In this document: piece by piece, positions 48,308-58,242 of the stretch | How the letters are laid out: every line of letters starts with the position of its first letter | Numbering within the stretch: position 1 is the stretch's first letter | NCBI GenBank assembly: GCA_021815785.1 | Contig: JAKAZS010000005.1 | Coordinates: forward strand, 1 to 60,196 | Direction: 5' to 3' | Length of the DNA: 60,196 nucleotides | Source of the DNA: a bacterium | GTDB taxonomy: Bacteria > Cyanobacteriota > Vampirovibrionia > Obscuribacterales > JAKAZS01 | The notes under the pieces: generated by a model | What the model saw: only the letters and a program-made list of their open reading frames with translations | Databases searched by the model: none | What the model was told of the DNA's origin: nothing | Position numbers and translations under genes: made by a program

Positions 48308-49540
48308 ATGCAAACAAAACAAAATATAATGGATGTTAATCCCGAAATCTTTAGAGGCAAACGCGTACTAGTCAGAGTTGACTTTAATGTACCTTTAAAA
48401 GATGGTATCATTACTGATGATACTAGAATAAAATCCAGCTTGCCCACTATTGAATACTTAGTCAAAAACGGAGCCCGTGTAATTCTCGTTTCGCATTTAG
48501 GCCGACCTAAAGGGATTGATAAAAACCTAACCCTTTTACCTATCGCTAAGCAATTGCATAAACTTACCAATCAAGAAATTCATTTTATGGCGGAGCCAAT
48601 TAATGAAAAAACAATGTCGACTATTAATGCACTTCCTAATGGCAGTATTTGCATGCTTGAAAACATTCGTTTTTATCCAGAAGAAGAAAAAAATGATCTT
48701 GAATTTGCTAACTTATTAGCTGAACTAGCCGATATTTATGTCAATGATGCCTTTGGCACTTCTCATCGGGCGCATGCATCAACAGCTGGCATTACTCAAA
48801 AAATAAAAATTGCCTTAGCGGGTGATTTAGTTGACCAAGAACTGAAAGCCTTAAATACCTGCCTTAAAAACCCCAGTCGTCCCTTTGCCGTCATCATTGG
48901 TGGCAGTAAAGTATCCACGAAAATAAGTCTTTTAGATAATTTAATTAATAAAGTTGATCTGTTAATCATTGGTGGCGCTATGGCGTTTACCTTCTTAAAA
49001 GCTCAAGGTCATAACATAGGCAAATCACTAGTAGAGAATGATTATCTGGACTATTGCCGTAATTTATTAAATAAAGCTAATGCCCAAAACGTAAAAATTT
49101 TGTTACCCCAAGATGTTATCGCAGCTAGAGATATTAAAGATGGCAAAAATGCTATCTGTTTAAGTATTAACAGTATAACTGATGATTTAATGGGTTTAGA
49201 TATTGGTAAATTAAGCCAATCCGAAATAAAAACCGCATTACAAAGCTGTAAAACCATATTCTGGAATGGTCCGCTTGGGGTTTTTGAAGAACCAGGGTTC
49301 GAAAGTGGCACTTTTACAACCATTGACACCTTAGTAGCACTAACTAAAACCGGAGTAAAAACTATTGTTGGTGGTGGTGATTCCCTGGCGGCTTTAAAAG
49401 CTAAAAATATCGATTTTAAGACTTTGACTCATGTAGCAACAGGTGGTGGCGCAACTTTAGAATATTTAGAAGGAAAGAGTTTACCTGGTATTGATTGTTT
49501 GAATAATCACGAACCAAAAGCCCAAGTCAGTCTTGCCTAA
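48308..49540 (+). CDS. pgk: Phosphoglycerate kinase
   Basis: RVDFNVP, SHLGRPKG, FGTSHRAH and GGGDS. Confidence 0.95.
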   Translation: MQTKQNIMDVNPEIFRGKRVLVRVDFNVPLKDGIITDDTRIKSSLPTIEYLVKNGARVILVSHLGRPKGIDKNLTLLPIAKQLHKLTNQEIHFMAEPINEKTMSTINALPNGSICMLENIRFYPEEEKNDLEFANLLAELADIYVNDAFGTSHRAHASTAGITQKIKIALAGDLVDQELKALNTCLKNPSRPFAVIIGGSKVSTKISLLDNLINKVDLLIIGGAMAFTFLKAQGHNIGKSLVENDYLDYCRNLLNKANAQNVKILLPQDVIAARDIKDGKNAICLSINSITDDLMGLDIGKLSQSEIKTALQSCKTIFWNGPLGVFEEPGFESGTFTTIDTLVALTKTGVKTIVGGGDSLAALKAKNIDFKTLTHVATGGGATLEYLEGKSLPGIDCLNNHEPKAQVSLA

Positions 49541-49548
49541 ATAATTTT

Positions 49549-50598
49549 ATGCACTGTCCAACCATAAGACAATTTATGCTGTATTTATACTTAACAACAT
49601 TAGGTATAAATACAGCCTTGGCTGATGAAACATATTTTAATGGCAATGTAGCGGTTACTCAACAAGAATATCAAGCCTCAGTGCTGGTTAATCAAGGGGT
49701 TAGCCTATTAAGGGAGAACCAAAATTCTCAAGCAGTTGAAACCCTAAGTCAAGCCATAAAACTAGGTCCTAAACTTTACCAGGCACATTATAATTTAGGC
49801 ATCGCCTTAGCCAAAGTTAATCAATTTGATAATGCGGCAAATGAATTAAAAGAAGCCATTAATTTAAACCCTAACTTTAGCTCATCCTGGCTATGTTTAG
49901 GCGGTGTCTTTCAATCAAGTGGACACTTAAACGAGTGCATTAATACCTACAAAGAATTTTTAAAACGTTTTCCCGAGGATCGCAGTTGCGATCAAGTAAA
50001 AAAACTTTTAACCGGCATTGAAAGCCAATCATTAATTCAAGCCAAAGAAGCCAATACTAACAATCAAAGCAATTATCTTAATGAAATTCCGCTCAATGAC
50101 AGGAATACATGGCCAAAAGCCCTAATGCCCCTTAAAGTTTTTATTGCTAATGGTCAAAGCATTAACGGATACCAGGATTTCTTCAAACCTACTCTAATTG
50201 AAGCTTTTCAAGACTACCAAGAAGTTAGTAAGGGGAAAATTAAATTTGTTTTTACCGATAATATTAACGAAGCCAATATAATTTGTAACTGGATTGATGA
50301 TGTCGACAAATTCAAAGATGGAGCTGAAGCTGGCAACACCCAAATCACCCGCAATAATACAGGTATCATAAAAGCCACGATAGATTTATTAACGCTAAGT
50401 ATCAACAACACACCAGCATTATCAAAAAATCGACTACACGCCATCTGTCTTCATGAAATTGGCCATGCAATTGGCATAGGCGGCCATTCGACTAATCCTG
50501 AAGACATAATGTATTTTTCGACTCCGCTTACAGATCAACATAAAGAATTAAGCCAGCGTGATATTAATACCATTAATTTGCTTTACCAAAACAATTAA
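49549..50598 (+). CDS. Secreted TPR + zinc-metalloprotease (matrixin/M10-like HExxHxxGxxH) protein
   Basis: A signal peptide, TPR repeats (AHYNLGIALAK...AI.LNPN) and a C-terminal HEIGHAIGIGGHS zinc-binding motif. Confidence 0.65.
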   Translation: MHCPTIRQFMLYLYLTTLGINTALADETYFNGNVAVTQQEYQASVLVNQGVSLLRENQNSQAVETLSQAIKLGPKLYQAHYNLGIALAKVNQFDNAANELKEAINLNPNFSSSWLCLGGVFQSSGHLNECINTYKEFLKRFPEDRSCDQVKKLLTGIESQSLIQAKEANTNNQSNYLNEIPLNDRNTWPKALMPLKVFIANGQSINGYQDFFKPTLIEAFQDYQEVSKGKIKFVFTDNINEANIICNWIDDVDKFKDGAEAGNTQITRNNTGIIKATIDLLTLSINNTPALSKNRLHAICLHEIGHAIGIGGHSTNPEDIMYFSTPLTDQHKELSQRDINTINLLYQNN

Positions 50599-50722
50599 TT
50601 TCCCCTAACAACCAAAAAACCTAAAACCACTATAGACTAAACTTAACTTATCTTTCTAAAACTTCTCACTATAACAATAATACTTATTAGATCAACGTAA
50701 ATCATTAATAATATATCGACAA

Positions 50723-51625
50723 ATGCACACTCATCATCACAACATGGACCGTAATGCCAGTAAAAATAAAATGCTTAGCGTTTTAGCCGTAATCTTTTTA
50801 TACATGTTAGCTGAAGTCATAACCGGTTATTATAGCCATTCATTATCTCTAATAGCAGATGCTGGTCACATGCTTAGTGATGCTGGAGGCATACTACTTG
50901 CTCTATTAGCTATTTGGTTTACAACCAAACCGGCAACAGCCGGCAAAACTTATGGTTATTATCGCAGTGAAATCTTGGTTAGTTTTATTAATGCCTTAGT
51001 GCTAGTAATAATTACGGCCGTAATATTATATGAATCTTATAATCGCTTTCGGCATCCTGAAGTCATTGCCAGTGGCTCCGTATTTTTTGTTGCGCTAATA
51101 GGGGTTCTGGTAAATATTTTTTCACTAAAAATACTCGGATCCGATTCAACAAGTTCTTTAAATGTTAAAACAATTTATCTGGAACTGTTAAGTGATTTGT
51201 ATGCGACTTTTGGAGTGATTCTTTCATCGGCAATCAGCTATTTTACTCACTGGTATCAAATTGATGCAATTATTAGTGCCTTGATTGCTTTAGCGATACT
51301 TTATCGAACCTGGCTATTAATCTGTGAGTGCACTCATATTCTTATGGAAGGAAGTCCCGGCCATATTAATTTAAATGATTTACATAAAGCTATTTTAAGT
51401 ATTCCCGGAGTTATTGACGTCCATGATATTCACGTCTGGACAATAACTTCCGGACTAGATTCTATGTCTGGTCATGTCTTAATTGACAATCAAATACCTT
51501 CTACTGAGGTATTAAACAAAGTAACTCAAGTACTTAATAATGATTTTCATCTTCACCACACTACGATTCAAGTCGAAAAAACTAATACTGACAATAAAAA
51601 TGAAAAATGTGATTCTTGCCTATAA
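50723..51625 (+). CDS. Cation diffusion facilitator (CzcD/ZitB-like) metal efflux transporter
   Basis: A His-rich N-terminus (HTHHHN), SLSLIADAGHMLSD in TM2, six TMs, and a C-terminal cytoplasmic domain (VHDIHVWTITSG). Confidence 0.85.
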   Translation: MHTHHHNMDRNASKNKMLSVLAVIFLYMLAEVITGYYSHSLSLIADAGHMLSDAGGILLALLAIWFTTKPATAGKTYGYYRSEILVSFINALVLVIITAVILYESYNRFRHPEVIASGSVFFVALIGVLVNIFSLKILGSDSTSSLNVKTIYLELLSDLYATFGVILSSAISYFTHWYQIDAIISALIALAILYRTWLLICECTHILMEGSPGHINLNDLHKAILSIPGVIDVHDIHVWTITSGLDSMSGHVLIDNQIPSTEVLNKVTQVLNNDFHLHHTTIQVEKTNTDNKNEKCDSCL

Positions 51626-51780
51626 AAGCATCTTAGACCAGAACCTGTTAAATCCAACACCCCAAGCTAAATTAAATTTAAATCCTTATAAGCATTTTAC
51701 AACAAACAAGGTAAAAAGTTGGTTGTAAACTAAAGCGTCATGATTTCGCCAAAATTACTAAGATCTAAATCCTCGATAAA

Positions 51781-52563
51781 TCAATTAAGCTTTTGCAGAA
51801 ACTTAATTAATTTATCAGGTTCATTAGTTATGATGGCATCAACTTTTAAATCCAGAGCTTTTTGATAATCAGCTAAACTATCAATAGTCCATACCCAAAC
51901 TTGGTAATGCTGATTATGGCAAGCCACAACATCAGAAGCATTAACCGTCTCAAAATCCGGGTTCCAAGATACGGCTTTAATTTGCGCCAATTTATCCTCC
52001 ACGTCAGCAAAATGCTGATGTTCAGTAAGTACAGCTAATTTCAGGTGTGGATTAAGTTTATAGACTTCTTTTAAAGCATCATATTCAAACGATGAAATTA
52101 TTATTTTGGAATTATCTGGATAATGTTTTAAATTATTTAACACACCTTGAACTAAACTTGGTGTATAGCCCTTAATTTCAATGTTAATAATCAGCTTGCC
52201 CGAAATAAGGTCTAAAACTTGAGATAGTAAAGGTAATTTAATTTTGGGCATATCCTTAAAATGATTTGCTTTAATATTTAATTTAGCTAAATTCTCCCAA
52301 TTTAAATCGTTCACTAAACCTTTACCATTAGTCGTACGATCAACAGTATCGTCATGAATCACCACAATTTGTCCGCTCTTACACTGGTGGACATCTAATT
52401 CAATAGCTGGGATATGTAAATCCAAACATTTTTGAAAGGCTGGCAAAGTATTTTCACAAGCCAAATGACTAGCACCCCGATGACCACAAACAATAGGCAT
52501 AGAATCAGCAAAAACCTCAATTGGGATTAAAAAAAAAGTAAGTAAAATAATTAATAATTTCAT
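51781..52563 (-). CDS. Glycerophosphodiester phosphodiesterase (GDPD family), secreted
   Basis: A signal peptide, then CGHRGAS...ENTLPAF......ELDV and ITNEPD. Confidence 0.85.
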   Translation of the reverse strand: MKLLIILLTFFLIPIEVFADSMPIVCGHRGASHLACENTLPAFQKCLDLHIPAIELDVHQCKSGQIVVIHDDTVDRTTNGKGLVNDLNWENLAKLNIKANHFKDMPKIKLPLLSQVLDLISGKLIINIEIKGYTPSLVQGVLNNLKHYPDNSKIIISSFEYDALKEVYKLNPHLKLAVLTEHQHFADVEDKLAQIKAVSWNPDFETVNASDVVACHNQHYQVWVWTIDSLADYQKALDLKVDAIITNEPDKLIKFLQKLN

Positions 52564-52771
52564 AATTGCTCAAACTGCGTAAAAAAATGTAAATCAGTAA
52601 AGCCTAAAATTAACCCCATACCCGCATTAATTCCTTTACCTTAACGTAATCATTCTAGCATTTTCTAAGCTTTTATAGTATAATTAATTATAATTAAAAT
52701 AAACAGGTAATCCTACAAAAAATAATTAATTTTCATCAATTCAGCAAACATTACAATAACTGGAGGGTTAT

Positions 52772-53341
52772 ATGGCTAGTTTAGAAATCAGGCAATATCC
52801 AGACGAAATTTTAAGACAACCAACTAAAAAAATCACTAAATTTGATACAAGTTTACGCAAACTTGTACAGGATATGTTTGATACAATGTACCAAGCTGAT
52901 GGTGTAGGTCTAGCGGCTCCTCAAATTGGTGTGTCCAAGCAAATTCTCATAATTGATACAGCCGGTGAAAATGAAGCCAAACGCCCTATGGTTTTTATCA
53001 ATCCGAGAATTTTAAATTCGAGTGGCGAAATGATTGGTCTTGAGGGCTGTCTAAGTTTTCCGGGCGTATTTTTTGAAGTTAAACGTGCAGAAAATATAAT
53101 TGTTAAATTTCAAAATATCAATGGCAAAGATCAAAAAATAGATGTTAAGGGCGGTTTATTAAGTAGGGCTATCCAACATGAAATTGATCATCTTGAGGGA
53201 GCCTTATTTATTGACAAACCTATTTCAAAATTATCAGCTGATCTAGAATTAACTAAACATGGCTTTCTGGATGGTGATATCATTGAATGCGAACCACAAA
53301 CTCCCCTTGCAATTAATGCAAACGAATTAGTGAATGCCTAA
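52772..53341 (+). CDS. def: Peptide deformylase
   Basis: GVGLAAPQIG, EGCLSFPG and QHEIDHLEG. Confidence 0.93.
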   Translation: MASLEIRQYPDEILRQPTKKITKFDTSLRKLVQDMFDTMYQADGVGLAAPQIGVSKQILIIDTAGENEAKRPMVFINPRILNSSGEMIGLEGCLSFPGVFFEVKRAENIIVKFQNINGKDQKIDVKGGLLSRAIQHEIDHLEGALFIDKPISKLSADLELTKHGFLDGDIIECEPQTPLAINANELVNA

Positions 53342-53407
53342 TGTTTATATTGATCGTAAGCTAAGTTCAACCTAATTAAGCAGTAAATATAAAATTCAAA
53401 TACCTCA

Positions 53408-53833
53408 ATGCCTGCAAATAATCACCGTCAATCAATAATAATTACTTCTTTTGGCTACAAATCACAAAGAATTATCCAGGCAAATATGTTATTTGATGTT
53501 CGCTTTCTCGATAATCCTTTTTGGGAGCCTACCCTTAGAGATTTAACTGGTCTCGATTTTGAAGTTAAAAACTATGTTTTAAACCAAGTTAGTGCCCAAG
53601 AATTTATTACTGACGTATTATCCATGCTAACCAAGCAACTTGACAAAATAATGCTTAAACTTGACAGTGATTTTATTTTAGCCATAGGTTGTACTGGTGG
53701 TCAACACCGTTCGGTAGCTATTGTTGAAACGCTAGCGACTCAAATAAGTCAAAAATTTCCTGATTTTAATTTAATAATAAAACATCGTGAATTACACCTA
53801 GAAAAAAAATATAACCCCGTTGATATAAAATGA
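53408..53833 (+). CDS. RapZ/YvcJ C-terminal-domain-only protein (no P-loop domain)
   Basis: ITSFGYK...FDVRFLDNPFWEPTLRDLTGLD..V..YVL...AIGCTGGQHRSVAIVE matches the C-terminal half of RapZ-family proteins. The gene is only 141 aa and starts 66 nt after def. Confidence 0.7.
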   Translation: MPANNHRQSIIITSFGYKSQRIIQANMLFDVRFLDNPFWEPTLRDLTGLDFEVKNYVLNQVSAQEFITDVLSMLTKQLDKIMLKLDSDFILAIGCTGGQHRSVAIVETLATQISQKFPDFNLIIKHRELHLEKKYNPVDIK

Positions 53834-53839
53834 ATTGAT

Positions 53840-55198
53840 ATGAAATCCTCGTTTAACTACAAATTCAGATATTTAATTTTACCCGGCTTAAAACGCTGGA
53901 TTTTAACCATTATTATTGGAATTACCGGTATCGTTATTGGGGTACTATTGTTACTGGGCTACCACCCCATTACTTTATCAGGGATATTTATACGCGAATT
54001 AGCCGAACATGCTGCTGACGTTCTGCCCCATCGCATTAGTGGTATTATTGTAATTGCAATTGGTATCCTTGCTGTTTGCCTTGCCGTAGCCAGAGTAACT
54101 TTATCCGTACTAGGAGCCTATTTACCTTCAGACCGCGAAGCTATAGCTGACGCTTTGTTTAAGAAACGACATCTAGAAAGCGGTCCCAAAATTGTGGTAA
54201 TTGGTGGTGGCACAGGATTAGCCAATTTATTAACCGGACTTAAAACCTATACTAACAATCTAACTGCCATCGTAACAGTAGGTGATGACGGTGGCAGTTC
54301 CGGACGTTTACGAGAAGAACTAGGAGTTATTCCCCCAGGCGATATTCGCCATTGCATAACTGCATTAGCTGATGAACAAAAAATTGTAACTGAATTATTC
54401 AATTATCGCTTTCAATCAGGCGAAGGTTTATCAGGTCACAGTTTTGGTAATTTATTTCTATCAGCATTATGTGCCATTACCAATGGTGACATGATTGAAG
54501 CAACTAAAGTTGCCAGTCGGGTCTTAAACAGTCGCGGTCAAGTGTTACCTTCGTCATTAACACCAGTGACTTTAATTGCCGAATTAGAAGATGGCCGGAT
54601 TGTTCAGGGTGAATCACATATAACGCAAGCCAATAGCCAAATAAAACAAATTTTTTGTGAGCCCAAAAATCCTTTGCCCGTTCCGGAAACACTCAATGCT
54701 ATTCTAAATGCTGATCTAATCGTTATTGGACCAGGTAGCCTATACACATCAATTATTCCTAATTTTCTCGTTAAAGCCATAACTAATACTATTAATCAAG
54801 CTAAAGGCTATAAAATCTTTATTTGTAACGTAGCCAATCAAAAAGGTGAAACCCTTAATTACACTGCATATGATCATCTTCAAGCTTTATTTAATCATAC
54901 CACGAACGAAGTTAAACCCGAAAATCTGGTTAATGCCATTTTAATTAATGAAATACCGCAAAACCTTTTAAGCAATGATCAAATTGAACTTGTTAAAATT
55001 GACCACACTAAATTTAATCAGTCCAGTATTGAAATAGTCAAACGCAATCTGGTTAACGAAAAGAATTTAACGCACCATTCACCAGCCAAATTAGCTAGAG
55101 CCATAATGCTATGGTTTATGCGCAAGCAAAAAACCAGCGTCAAACCTATAACAACAAATACTCCTAATAAAATATTAGCACCACGAAAAATTAGTTGA
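53840..55198 (+). CDS. yvcK: YvcK/CofD-like (UPF0052, gluconeogenesis factor family) protein with an N-terminal two-TM extension
   Basis: KIVVIGGGTGLANLLTGLK, AIVTVGDDGGSSGRLR and IVIGPGSLYTSIIPN. The first ~110 aa contain two hydrophobic helices. Confidence 0.85.
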   Translation: MKSSFNYKFRYLILPGLKRWILTIIIGITGIVIGVLLLLGYHPITLSGIFIRELAEHAADVLPHRISGIIVIAIGILAVCLAVARVTLSVLGAYLPSDREAIADALFKKRHLESGPKIVVIGGGTGLANLLTGLKTYTNNLTAIVTVGDDGGSSGRLREELGVIPPGDIRHCITALADEQKIVTELFNYRFQSGEGLSGHSFGNLFLSALCAITNGDMIEATKVASRVLNSRGQVLPSSLTPVTLIAELEDGRIVQGESHITQANSQIKQIFCEPKNPLPVPETLNAILNADLIVIGPGSLYTSIIPNFLVKAITNTINQAKGYKIFICNVANQKGETLNYTAYDHLQALFNHTTNEVKPENLVNAILINEIPQNLLSNDQIELVKIDHTKFNQSSIEIVKRNLVNEKNLTHHSPAKLARAIMLWFMRKQKTSVKPITTNTPNKILAPRKIS

Positions 55199-55207
55199 AC
55201 GGATTAA

Positions 55208-55921
55208 CTAAGGGACAAAATACATTTTATTAGGCAGTTTAACACAGTCGATGGCATAACCTCCATATAAGTCGCTGACCTGATCACCGATATTTTCCAC
55301 AATTTTAAAGCCCATATCTTCAATAGCTTTGCGAACATTGGTTTTAAAATCGTAGGCATGGCCTTTAAAGTCATTAGGTTTTAAAAACAAACCATCATAA
55401 TCAACATTTTGTTTAACTAAGTTATAAGTTGTTGCAACCCTATCACGCTCACGTCTGCCGGTTAACAAAAAAATCGCATAACCATTTTTACGTTCGCGGC
55501 TTAAAAATTTAGCCGTTGGCTCAAGTAAAGGGGCAACATTACTAATCACCCATTCATGATAAGCTTTATGATTAAATTTTGGATTGACTTTATAAAAAGG
55601 CCGATTATCTAAAAGCGTTTCATCTAAATCACTAACAATAGCCAAATTTTTACTATCGGGATTTTGTTGACGATAATCATCACAAAATTTTTCAGCCAAT
55701 TGCACCGTATTATCAAGATCATTGGTATAGCTTGGACTCAAAGCATATTGCAGCCCTTGAACATAATCGATTTCACTAGGTTTTTGAGCTAACGGCTTTA
55801 TTTCACTAGCTGGACAAGCCTTAACATTAGTAAGACTTAAACATCCCCAAAATACTAAAAATATTAAATTTTGCCAAAATCTTCTAGAATCAATAACATT
55901 ATCCATAAAACTAATATGCAT
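55208..55921 (-). CDS. HAD-superfamily acid phosphatase (class B/C, e(P4)-like), secreted
   Basis: DDD motif IVSDLDETLLDN, TGR and GDQVSDL, with signal RRFWQNLIFLVFWGCLSLTNVKA. The track ORF extends to 55990, but ATG 55921 just before the signal peptide seems the likelier start. Confidence 0.75.
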   Translation of the reverse strand: MHISFMDNVIDSRRFWQNLIFLVFWGCLSLTNVKACPASEIKPLAQKPSEIDYVQGLQYALSPSYTNDLDNTVQLAEKFCDDYRQQNPDSKNLAIVSDLDETLLDNRPFYKVNPKFNHKAYHEWVISNVAPLLEPTAKFLSRERKNGYAIFLLTGRRERDRVATTYNLVKQNVDYDGLFLKPNDFKGHAYDFKTNVRKAIEDMGFKIVENIGDQVSDLYGGYAIDCVKLPNKMYFVP

Positions 55922-55937
55922 TATTAAAGATTTTAAG

Positions 55938-56198
55938 CTACTTAGAACCACTATTTTTCCCACCCATGTAAGAAATACTGCCAGCAACAACTTTTTCTCT
56001 TAACTTGGATTTATGAATTTCAATACATTTTAAATTACTGGCTTCAGTCTTATTTGCGCTACTATAATTTCCCCAGTAACTAGGTCCAACAATTTCAATT
56101 TTCTTAGTGAAGGTATTTTTTAATATATTAGGTTCGCTAATAAGCAATAACACCATAGGAATAGCTAGAAAAATAAATGAAATTGAAAATATATCCAT
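55938..56198 (-). CDS. Hypothetical small membrane-anchored protein
   Basis: ORF only, with one N-terminal hydrophobic segment. It would not overlap the phosphatase if that gene starts at 55921. Confidence 0.25.
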   Translation of the reverse strand: MDIFSISFIFLAIPMVLLLISEPNILKNTFTKKIEIVGPSYWGNYSSANKTEASNLKCIEIHKSKLREKVVAGSISYMGGKNSGSK

Positions 56199-56283
56199 AA
56201 AAAATCACCAAGTTAATCATACTGATAACTTGGTAATTTAACTTATCTAGGTAAAATAGTCTATGGTTAAAATACTAATACAA

Positions 56284-56445
56284 CTATTGCTTAAGTAAAT
56301 CAATAAGATCATTGTACAATTGGGCAATCTGAATAATTACCGGAGCCGTCACGGGGTTTTGCTCAGAATATTCGTGAAATTCCTGAGCTTTAGTAGTAAA
56401 TAGATTAATTAAACGATTGTCAAATGCTTCAATATGTTTGTTCAT
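56284..56445 (-). CDS. Possible 53-aa small protein (below the ORF-track cutoff)
   Basis: Hand translation gives MNKHIEAFDNRLINLFTTKAQEFHEYSEQNPVTAPVIIQIAQLYNDLIDLLKQ*. It looks helical, has a weak RBS and no recognised family. Confidence 0.2.
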   Translation of the reverse strand: MNKHIEAFDNRLINLFTTKAQEFHEYSEQNPVTAPVIIQIAQLYNDLIDLLKQ

Positions 56446-56631
56446 AAAAATTCTTTCTAGTAAAAACGGGGAAAATAAGAGTGTATTAATTTTGTCTTAA
56501 AAAACCAATTTCAGCAATAGTTTTAAGATTAAAAATACAAATATTAAAAACTTTTAATCTAGTTTTGTAATATAATATAGTTAAGATTCAAATTTGAATT
56601 TTTGTCAAAGGATTTAAGACTTTGGTAATTT

Positions 56632-58239
56632 ATGCAAACCAGCAAATTTCATCATCTTCCAGTATTAGATCAATTACTGCAAAAAACGGATAGTTCTAGC
56701 TATATAGTTCTAGCTGGTAACGATATACTTAAGCAACGCTTTGTCGGTGATATCGTCATATTGAATGCACATTGTAAAGCCGGAGACTTTGTTATTGCAG
56801 AATTAGATTATCTAATTGACAACATTAGATTATTAAACGCAAATTTATCAGGAATTGCCCTATACAGTAAAAACAATGGTTCCCTTGAATTGGCCTGTAA
56901 GAATTTGGCTTCAGCTAATTTAACTCGCGATAAAATTTCCAAAAATTTAAAATTAGTTATCAGTAGTTGTGAAGACCTCAATATTCCCTTAATTTCTTTT
57001 TCTGAACTAAGCGACTCCACAGAAATAATCCAGCTGTTAAAACCAACCTTAATCCAGGAATTGCTGTTAAATAATCACAAACTTCAAACCCTGCTCTTTG
57101 ACATTGTCATCAGCTTAGGACTTAAAGGGTTAGTAGAATATTGTCAAAACAATTTAAACATATCTTGCCTTATTCAAAATGCCAAATTTATAGCCCAAAC
57201 CGACTCAAAAATCAGCGAATTAAAACCCAAAGAAAAACAAAAAATTCTTGATCAAGTAAAAAAAACCAACCCTCATCAATTAACCAATCTTACCATTGAA
57301 TATTTAAATCATCTAACCATGCCTATAACCGTTAATGATATCGTAGTGGCCTATGTAACTATCGAAACAAACAACCATGGCGATCTTAACCAAAACCTGA
57401 TTTATTTAAGAGCAATTAATTTAGCTACCAGTATTTATTTTAAAGTTAAAACCCAAGAAAGTACAATATTTACCAATAGTCAATTTAATATTCTCAATGA
57501 ATTACTAACTGGTCGCGAATTGTCCGTTGATGCAATTGAAAGCCTGGAAAGGCATTTTAGTCTTGATCTTTGTGAGCATATTCTGGTTCTGGCCTGCAAT
57601 ACACCGCAACCGATTGAAACCGGACCCAGGCTATTGGATAAAAATATTATTTATACGGTAGTTGAAAACACCCATGTCTTTTTAATGTCATTTTATACAG
57701 CTTCCAAATCAGAGAATTTTCAAGATCTGATAATGAATAGTGTGGCCACTTTAAAATCAGTAATTAATCAAGACGTCTTACAAATTGGCATTGGTCGACC
57801 AGCAAAAAACATTTTTGAATTGCCAAAAATATATAAAGAAGCCAGACAAGCCCTTATCATTGGTTCGATGATTAATACCCAAGACTTTAACGAATTTGTT
57901 TATTATTATCCCAATCTTGGTGTCCGTCGACTTTTATATTTAATTATTGATCACCCCGAACTTAAAAATTATTACCTGGAAAATCTTCAAGCCTTGGAAA
58001 AATATGATGAAGAATGGGAAAGTGAATTAGTTAATAGTTTAAAAATCTATCTTGAACATGGTGCTAATTTAAATTCAGCAGCTAGAGCCTTATTTATTCA
58101 TCGTCATACATTAAATTATCGACTTGAACAGATTGTTGATATTTTAAAACGGGATATTGATTCCCAAGAAGTATTACTCGATTTAAAAATTGCGTTTTTA
58201 ATTAAAGAAATGCTCGGTAATGATTTTTTAAAGGAATAA
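56632..58239 (+). CDS. PucR-family transcriptional regulator
   Basis: The C-terminal PucR-type HTH is LNSAARALFIHRHTLNYRLEQI, preceded by a large N-terminal sensory region. It lies immediately upstream of potA. Confidence 0.75.
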   Translation: MQTSKFHHLPVLDQLLQKTDSSSYIVLAGNDILKQRFVGDIVILNAHCKAGDFVIAELDYLIDNIRLLNANLSGIALYSKNNGSLELACKNLASANLTRDKISKNLKLVISSCEDLNIPLISFSELSDSTEIIQLLKPTLIQELLLNNHKLQTLLFDIVISLGLKGLVEYCQNNLNISCLIQNAKFIAQTDSKISELKPKEKQKILDQVKKTNPHQLTNLTIEYLNHLTMPITVNDIVVAYVTIETNNHGDLNQNLIYLRAINLATSIYFKVKTQESTIFTNSQFNILNELLTGRELSVDAIESLERHFSLDLCEHILVLACNTPQPIETGPRLLDKNIIYTVVENTHVFLMSFYTASKSENFQDLIMNSVATLKSVINQDVLQIGIGRPAKNIFELPKIYKEARQALIIGSMINTQDFNEFVYYYPNLGVRRLLYLIIDHPELKNYYLENLQALEKYDEEWESELVNSLKIYLEHGANLNSAARALFIHRHTLNYRLEQIVDILKRDIDSQEVLLDLKIAFLIKEMLGNDFLKE

Positions 58240-58242
58240 ATA

